The position numbers and the translations under genes are program-made. DNA of 64,000 bases, taken from a virus. The notes under the pieces are model-generated. The model searched no databases. It was given only the letters and a program-made list of their open reading frames with translations, and had not been told where the DNA came from. The DNA is taken from IMG/VR virus record IMGVR_UViG_3300043425_001190, positions 23,298-87,297 of that record; one strand, written 5' to 3'. Positions 58,479-64,000 of this stretch are shown here, in pieces. How positions within the stretch are numbered: position 1 is the stretch's first letter; each line of letters starts with the position of its first letter.

Positions 58479-59816
58479 CTAGCCAAAGACGGGAAATGCG
58501 GGGACACTGCGTGGCTGATTGCTCGCGTCGACACCACTGGGGATGGCAACAGTGGGGTAAGTCTTGGACGCGGAGCTGAAATTAACTCTAATTATACGAT
58601 AGTAGTTGTGCGCACCGAGCAGGTGACGGCTGACGCCGTAACGGGTCATCAGACCGACGCGGGGCATGAAGTCATCTTCACCCTGAGTGCGGCTGATCAT
58701 GAGGGGGATGTAGGGGCAGTAGATGATGCCCGAGTCCCACTCTTCGGTACCACGGTAGCCGACCAGGACGTAATCGCTTGTGGCGAAGGTGTCGCGATAG
58801 ACCGTGAGGCGACCGTCGAGCTGACCGACCTTCGACAGACCGGTTTCCTGGCTGGCGATGGTGTTCTTGACGGGGAAGTACTGGAACTGGTCCAGGGTCT
58901 GGAGGGCGGCCACAACGGTGGGGCTGCAGACGATGAAGTTACCGGCACCGCGACGGGTGGCGATGGCGATCGAGTTGGCTTCTACCAGGATCTGGTAGTA
59001 GAGGGTGACGAAGATTTCAGCCATCCAGCGGCCATCGGAGGTACTAGGAGCCCAGCTGCTGACGTTGCCGGCCTTGAGGGCGGTGGCAATCATACGGCCG
59101 ATAATTTCACGGTCGATTTCAGCCTGGATTTGGTAGGCCATCATGCCGACCATTTCGGAGTCGATGTCGAGCGAGTGGACATTGGCGATGTCCTGCTGGA
59201 TTTCGAGGGTCCAGGTGGCTTTCAGCTTGCGGGTACCGGCACGGATGGTTTCCGATTCGATCGAGATGTCCATCTCAGGGATGGTGTAGTTGGTGGCACT
59301 GGGGTAGTGAGTCCAGTCCTGACCAACGACTTCAGCACCGGAGGTGAGCATGCTCTGACCGCCGTCGTAGTTGTCGGAACCGCCGTTGGCAGAGGTACCA
59401 TAGGCGTTGGTGCCGGCACCGGTGTAGCGGGGGTCGATCAAGTTGTAGCCAGCTTCGTCACCAGCGGTGATGTTGCCGATCGAGTTGGTGAAGCGGTAGC
59501 GCATGGCGAAGGCCAGGCCAACCGGGCCGGACATGGGGAGGACGCCGACGAGTTCGTTGGCAATCAGCTCGGGGAAGACGCGACGAATCATTGGGACGGT
59601 GACTTTCAGGTAGTTGGCCATACCCGGCTGGGTGGTGGTCATGTTTTCCTTGAAGTACTTCATCTGGTTGTTCATCAGAAGAGCGGTGTTCTCGCGGAGG
59701 GCTTTGCCTTTGACGGGCTTGGAACCGGCGTCGAGCATTCCTTTCCAGGATTCGACAATAGCACGACGCTTAGCAGCGTTTCCGACGTGTTCTTTGGGGA
59801 GGGCGAGGTTTGACAT
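58479..59816 (-). CDS. major capsid protein gp23
   Basis: PMIRRVFPELIANELVGVLPMSGPVGLAFAMR, RKLKATWTLE, EIDREII, IIYCPYIPL, MTRYG; GGAG RBS before ATG 59816. Confidence 0.97.
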   Translation of the reverse strand: MSNLALPKEHVGNAAKRRAIVESWKGMLDAGSKPVKGKALRENTALLMNNQMKYFKENMTTTQPGMANYLKVTVPMIRRVFPELIANELVGVLPMSGPVGLAFAMRYRFTNSIGNITAGDEAGYNLIDPRYTGAGTNAYGTSANGGSDNYDGGQSMLTSGAEVVGQDWTHYPSATNYTIPEMDISIESETIRAGTRKLKATWTLEIQQDIANVHSLDIDSEMVGMMAYQIQAEIDREIIGRMIATALKAGNVSSWAPSTSDGRWMAEIFVTLYYQILVEANSIAIATRRGAGNFIVCSPTVVAALQTLDQFQYFPVKNTIASQETGLSKVGQLDGRLTVYRDTFATSDYVLVGYRGTEEWDSGIIYCPYIPLMISRTQGEDDFMPRVGLMTRYGVSRHLLGAHNYYRIIRVNFSSASKTYPTVAIPSGVDASNQPRSVPAFPVFG

Positions 59817-59850
59817 GATATGATCTCCAGTGTGTTGGTGGGACGATGGA

Positions 59851-60711
59851 TTAGCCGTTGGCCGAGTCCATGTGATTGAACGATTCTTTGAACTCAAGTT
59901 TCAGTGCATCGTCGGAATCAAAGTTTTCGTTGATGACCGAACGATTTTGGTCCTGCTTGCGCAGAGCCGATGCCTTTTCCAAAATGACTTTCCGGTCAGC
60001 AGCACTCGGGCCAGCAACGGGGGCTTTTTGTGCGGTTGATTCGGTGATCACTTTGGCGGCTTTGCCAGCACTGGCCGATTCTTTGAGAACCTGCTTGAGA
60101 GCACTGGGGAGATTTTTGGTGATGAACTCGGCGTTCTTACCGTTGAATTTCTCAGCGAGAATAGCTTTCTGTTCAGTGGTGCAACCAACGGTTGCTTTTT
60201 TGAATGCCATGCCGGCTTCGTATTGGCCGAGTTTCTTGCGCAGGGCAAGGTTTTCTTCGGTGACGAGGTTGGCTTGAGCCTTGACCTGGTTGGACTCGTT
60301 GACAGCCTTTTTGATGGCGGCGCGGGCAAGCTGGTCTTTACTGGCTTCGTTGACGGTGAGTCTTTCAACGATAACGTTGACTAGTTCACTGTTGAAACGG
60401 GCGTCAGCCTGCTCAACGATGACGGCTTCGGTGACGGTTTTGTTGAGGTAGGCCTGGATGAAGTCCTGCATACCTTCGGTGAGAGCAACCTTGAACTCAG
60501 AAGAGTCTTTGATTACCGAGTCACTGACGTTGCGGTGAAGGTGTTCACAGAGTGACATGAAGGCGACTTTGGCGCGAGCTTTGCAAGCCTTATAGCTCTC
60601 AATCTTGATGTCGCGGAGTTTGGCGGTAACTGCTTCATTGAAGGCGGTAACCAGCTGGGCCTGCATTTCAGCGGGGAGATTGCTTGACTCAACGATTTTC
60701 TTGATACTCAT
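59851..60711 (-). CDS. prohead core/scaffold gp22-like
   Basis: FNEAV, many (I/L/V)xE cleavage-type sites; upstream of gp23; AATAAATA at 60740..60747. Confidence 0.8.
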   Translation of the reverse strand: MSIKKIVESSNLPAEMQAQLVTAFNEAVTAKLRDIKIESYKACKARAKVAFMSLCEHLHRNVSDSVIKDSSEFKVALTEGMQDFIQAYLNKTVTEAVIVEQADARFNSELVNVIVERLTVNEASKDQLARAAIKKAVNESNQVKAQANLVTEENLALRKKLGQYEAGMAFKKATVGCTTEQKAILAEKFNGKNAEFITKNLPSALKQVLKESASAGKAAKVITESTAQKAPVAGPSAADRKVILEKASALRKQDQNRSVINENFDSDDALKLEFKESFNHMDSANG

Positions 60712-60745
60712 GGTGTATTGACCTTTCTGTGTACGGGGTTATTTA

Positions 60746-60925
60746 TTATTTCGTGGCCGGGGTCTGATCAACAAACGACTTGCGTTTGGCTTCGACTTTA
60801 TTGGAAATGGCTTCGTCAATTGCCGATTTGGCCGCTTCCTGTAAAGTGATGCGAGCAGACATTTTGTCGCCAGAAAGGTACTCTTTTACGCACTGTGTAA
60901 CTTTGGATTTGTCGATGGTAATCAT
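60746..60925 (-). CDS. small prohead core protein (gp67-like; 59 aa, not in ORF track)
   Basis: MITIDKSKVTQCVKEYLSGDKMSARITLQEAAKSAIDEAISNKVEAKRKSFV; GAGG RBS; late motif at 60958..60964. Confidence 0.55.
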   Translation of the reverse strand: MITIDKSKVTQCVKEYLSGDKMSARITLQEAAKSAIDEAISNKVEAKRKSFVDQTPATK

Positions 60926-60993
60926 GAGCGGTATCCCTCAATGGGTTGGTTCTCTGTTATTTAACAGCACAATAACTTATTATCAAATGTGAG

Positions 60994-62079
60994 TTAGCCA
61001 TGAGTCCCTACATCGCCACTAAAAGACAGTTTAACCGATCTAGGGTGATAATGCTTCTCTTTGTTGTACGAATATGAGTCAAGTTGGTGCCTACCTGACA
61101 TAGCAGTAGTGCTAGCAAGTGTGTAGTTGATTATCATATACCCGTCCGCAGTCGTGGTTATGATGGATGGGTGGACAAATGGGGAGAACATATTAACTAC
61201 CAACCGGTTGAAGTAGTGAAATGATCCATCGCCAACACCATCGTAGTCGTTATCATCCATAATATCGGATAGACCGCCAAACGCCGCTATGTACTTCCGA
61301 TTCACACGCTTATTCTTGAAATTCAGTATATCTGAAACCGGCACCACCATTGTCACAAGATGGCAGTAAGACGACATGACTCTTTTCAGTGCTATAACCT
61401 CGTCCGCAGTATACCCAAGACCAAAGTTGAAAAACTCTGGCCCAATAATAGCTCTCTTTATGTCGTTATCTGCTACGAATGCCTCGACACCAGATATGTC
61501 CTTTGGATCAAACATCGAGATATTGACATTACAACTCTGTGGTTTTGTTCGCCCGTCATATGATATTGCTGCGATACTAGACCCGCAGCACCTACACAAC
61601 TCTACCGGTGGAAGCGTCCGGCATAACCAGGAGGCAATGCCGGCAGATGAAAGCTCAGCACTACCACTAAACACAGCCGGAGCGGATCTTCTGTCCATTT
61701 GCTTTACCAGTGATTTTAACACTGACGGCTTTGGTCTGAAGCATTTGGTATCCGCACACCCTTCGGTGGTTTTCTTTGCCATTGGGTTTGTGGTATATGA
61801 CGCCAGAACCTTGCTGGTTTGATCAAACAACGGTTGGTACACTCTATTTTTTGGCTCCGAATCATAGAATTTGTGACATCTTGGTGATGTTACTAAAATG
61901 TCGTTGGCCAACCTGGCGGAGAAGAAATTAGACACACAGCCAACATCAAGAAACCCGCATCCGGTAGTATGGTATTCAGACATATCGTTTGAAGACAGAT
62001 TCGCCGCTATTCCTTTCGTCATAGCGGCGAACAGTCCAGAGTCTAATTCGGTGTCGAATATACCCTGGTATAATGCCAT
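60994..62079 (-). CDS. hypothetical Cys-rich protein inserted in head module
   Basis: 361-aa ORF coupled to gp21 stop. Confidence 0.7.
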   Translation of the reverse strand: MALYQGIFDTELDSGLFAAMTKGIAANLSSNDMSEYHTTGCGFLDVGCVSNFFSARLANDILVTSPRCHKFYDSEPKNRVYQPLFDQTSKVLASYTTNPMAKKTTEGCADTKCFRPKPSVLKSLVKQMDRRSAPAVFSGSAELSSAGIASWLCRTLPPVELCRCCGSSIAAISYDGRTKPQSCNVNISMFDPKDISGVEAFVADNDIKRAIIGPEFFNFGLGYTADEVIALKRVMSSYCHLVTMVVPVSDILNFKNKRVNRKYIAAFGGLSDIMDDNDYDGVGDGSFHYFNRLVVNMFSPFVHPSIITTTADGYMIINYTLASTTAMSGRHQLDSYSYNKEKHYHPRSVKLSFSGDVGTHG

Positions 62080-62792
62080 TATTTGATCCTGCCGGTCTTC
62101 AAACCAATAAGGAATTCGTTCATGGCTTTGAAGGTGCTTTCGTGTTGAGCTGTCTGGCGAACAGGTCTGTTGTTCAGTGATTTGGCCATATGGTCGTAAG
62201 CCGATTCCACTATAACACCGCCCTTACCAATGACCCATTCTTTATGGCAAAGAACGTTTTCAACGAAGGTACCAGGAGCCGACGGGTCGTGCACCATGTC
62301 ATTGCAGATGTAGTAGAAATTCCTGACTGTTGGAACGGCGGTTGACTCGTCTAGCTCTCCAAGAGCACGACTTGAGGTACCGATTTTCACACCATCCACC
62401 ATCAGGCCGGCAAGAACCCTACCAGTGGGAGTTGAGCTTAGAACTTTTGAGGTGCCGACTGCGATGTTACCAGCCATTTCAAGCTTGACACAGATGTGAC
62501 ATGCTTCTTTCAGATTGACATTTGGTGCCTCAGGGTGTTCAAGCTCACCAACCGATCTGTTATCACGGATCATTTTTTGGTAACGGTCAACTTCCGAGAT
62601 ACCTTCGTCTAAAAGGTATTGTCTTCCGTTGCGGTTCTTGGTCTCGAAGACCATGTACGGTCCCGAGTACGTGATGCTCTTGTATGAGGTGAGAGAACCC
62701 TGGCTGTCACGTTCTACACCTTCTTGTATAACCTTGAAATTACCGAAGTGTTCTTGGGTTTGTGCGTCCCTAATAAGTTTTAGTCCTGACAT
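62079..62792 (-). CDS. prohead protease gp21
   Basis: KNRNGRQY, GELEHP, STPTGRVL, GTSSRALG, DMVHDPSAPG. Confidence 0.93.
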   Translation of the reverse strand: MSGLKLIRDAQTQEHFGNFKVIQEGVERDSQGSLTSYKSITYSGPYMVFETKNRNGRQYLLDEGISEVDRYQKMIRDNRSVGELEHPEAPNVNLKEACHICVKLEMAGNIAVGTSKVLSSTPTGRVLAGLMVDGVKIGTSSRALGELDESTAVPTVRNFYYICNDMVHDPSAPGTFVENVLCHKEWVIGKGGVIVESAYDHMAKSLNNRPVRQTAQHESTFKAMNEFLIGLKTGRIK

Positions 62793-62818
62793 ACCGTTCT
62801 CCGTGGATGATAATATAC

Positions 62819-64000
62819 TTAAGATGGGATAGGAGGAACATCACCAGGTAGTGGCTCTTCTGCCGCTCCCATTGCTCCGTCTTCTGGCATAGCATCAGCC
62901 ATCGAAGCCAAATCCATCTCAGCAGGGACGTCTTCGGCTGGTAGCTCACCACCAGGTCCACCGCCACCAAAGTCAACAGGGGCTCCACCGCCACCAGTAG
63001 TACCACCAGCAGCGTCAGCCGCGCCAGCACCTTTGGCTAGGGCTCGTTTTTTGTAGGTGTCGTTCTCTTCAATTTCTTCGGCAGTCATCTTGAGAACTCT
63101 TCTAGCAAGCCATTCTTTGTGGAGGTATTCGTCTTCTTTGAACTTGGAATATGTGTCAACTCGGAGGTTAAGGATTTCCATTTCAAGGAATTCTTTGTAG
63201 TGTGAGGCATCGGTGAAGGTAACGGCCATATCTTCTTCAGAAAGACCATACTGGTCCCACATTCCACACAGGATTAGGTCGGTAATGAAGCCTTTATAAA
63301 GGCTGGTACCAAACCCTTCTTTAATACGGCCTGTCATGCGGGAGAATTTGATTTCATCGCGCTGAGTTTCCATACCAGATTGCTGGGTTGGGCCGCCGCC
63401 TTTACCGGTTAGGTCTCTACCGGTAGGAACCTTCATTGCCTTATAGAACAAACGCGAAAAATACTCGATATCTTCAATTTCACCCAGGTTCTTACCACCT
63501 TGTAGGGTGTCGACCTTGGTATTTGAGTTGCCATTTCGTGCGGCAAACCAGTAATCTTCCGACATTGAAATCGGGTTATATTGCTGGTTAATCTGTCCGG
63601 TTTTGGGGTCGTAGACCTTTTTTGACTGGTACTGCGACATCTGAGCTTTGATGTATTCCTCACCACGGGTTTTGGACATATCACCAATGTCAATAGTGAA
63701 GATTCTACGTTCCGGAGCGCGGACGATGCGGTAGATGACCGAAGCATCCTCCATGAGGTTTAGTTGACGCCAAACCTTCATGGCACGGTGGATGAACGGA
63801 ACTTGCGTTTCAAAGCCTTCAGTCCAAATACCAGAACCAACGTATACTACTTGTTCAGGTAGCATAGGAACGTCAACCCCAGATTTTCCGTGATAGCAGA
63901 ATCCAACAATGTTGTCAACGTCCTCTTCATCACGTACCACAATCACATTTTCCGGCATCATTCTTTTAACGCCGATAATTCCACGTCTAGGGTCTGACGG
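62819..64000 (-). CDS. portal protein gp20 (partial, 5' end beyond window)
   Basis: LMEDASVIYRIVRAPERRIFTIDIG, SMSEDYW, TLQGGKNLGEIEDIEYF, RDEIKF. Confidence 0.96.
   Translation of the reverse strand, partial: PSDPRRGIIGVKRMMPENVIVVRDEEDVDNIVGFCYHGKSGVDVPMLPEQVVYVGSGIWTEGFETQVPFIHRAMKVWRQLNLMEDASVIYRIVRAPERRIFTIDIGDMSKTRGEEYIKAQMSQYQSKKVYDPKTGQINQQYNPISMSEDYWFAARNGNSNTKVDTLQGGKNLGEIEDIEYFSRLFYKAMKVPTGRDLTGKGGGPTQQSGMETQRDEIKFSRMTGRIKEGFGTSLYKGFITDLILCGMWDQYGLSEEDMAVTFTDASHYKEFLEMEILNLRVDTYSKFKEDEYLHKEWLARRVLKMTAEEIEENDTYKKRALAKGAGAADAAGGTTGGGGAPVDFGGGGPGGELPAEDVPAEMDLASMADAMPEDGAMGAAEEPLPGDVPPIPS

Noticed and set aside
58407-59813. 468-aa plus-strand ORF antisense to gp23
   Set aside because: Shadow ORF arising from the strong codon bias of the capsid gene; no RBS or recognisable motifs.
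1-64000. stop-codon reassignment, introns or inteins in core genes
   Set aside because: gp17, gp18, gp20, gp23, primase and gp44 read as uninterrupted ORFs of normal size in the standard code, and all three stop codons are used.
1-64000. tRNA or other structured RNA genes
   Set aside because: Intergenic gaps are short, and the hairpins seen fit terminators. No cloverleaf was recognised by eye; tRNAscan/Infernal were not run.

Overview
This window is a 64-kb piece of a divergent T4-like (contractile-tailed, myovirus-type) bacteriophage genome in the standard genetic code. Most of it is the minus-strand morphogenesis region. It carries the head module (gp20 portal, partial; gp21; gp67-like; gp22; gp23), neck/terminase/tail genes (gp13, 14, 15, 16, 17, 3, 18, 19) and baseplate genes (gp54-, 26-, 51-, 29-, 48-, 53-, 27-, 5-, 25-, 6- and 7-like). 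There are three separate fibre/receptor-binding clusters, one a visibly GC-richer cassette at about 46.8-54.1 kb. Replication genes (RNase H, gp61 primase, gp62-like, gp44) are scattered. A recurrent late-promoter motif TAA(A/G)TA precedes most structural operons. The most notable observations are: (1) inside the tail module, a two-domain glycosyltransferase whose second domain carries polypeptide-GalNAc-transferase-like motifs (DxH, GLF, WGGE, HxF) is translationally coupled to a mucin-like (PPPVTTE)x13 protein, a candidate phage-encoded mucin-type O-glycosylation system; (2) a late-promoter operon encodes a membrane-anchored GAF-like (holin T-like) protein, an intact CheY-like receiver domain and a 36-aa peptide; (3) an adenosine-deaminase-family enzyme with altered substrate-binding residues lies downstream of gp23; (4) a gp62-like frame is hidden inside the primase 3' end. 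All calls come from reading motifs and synteny by eye; no database searches were run.
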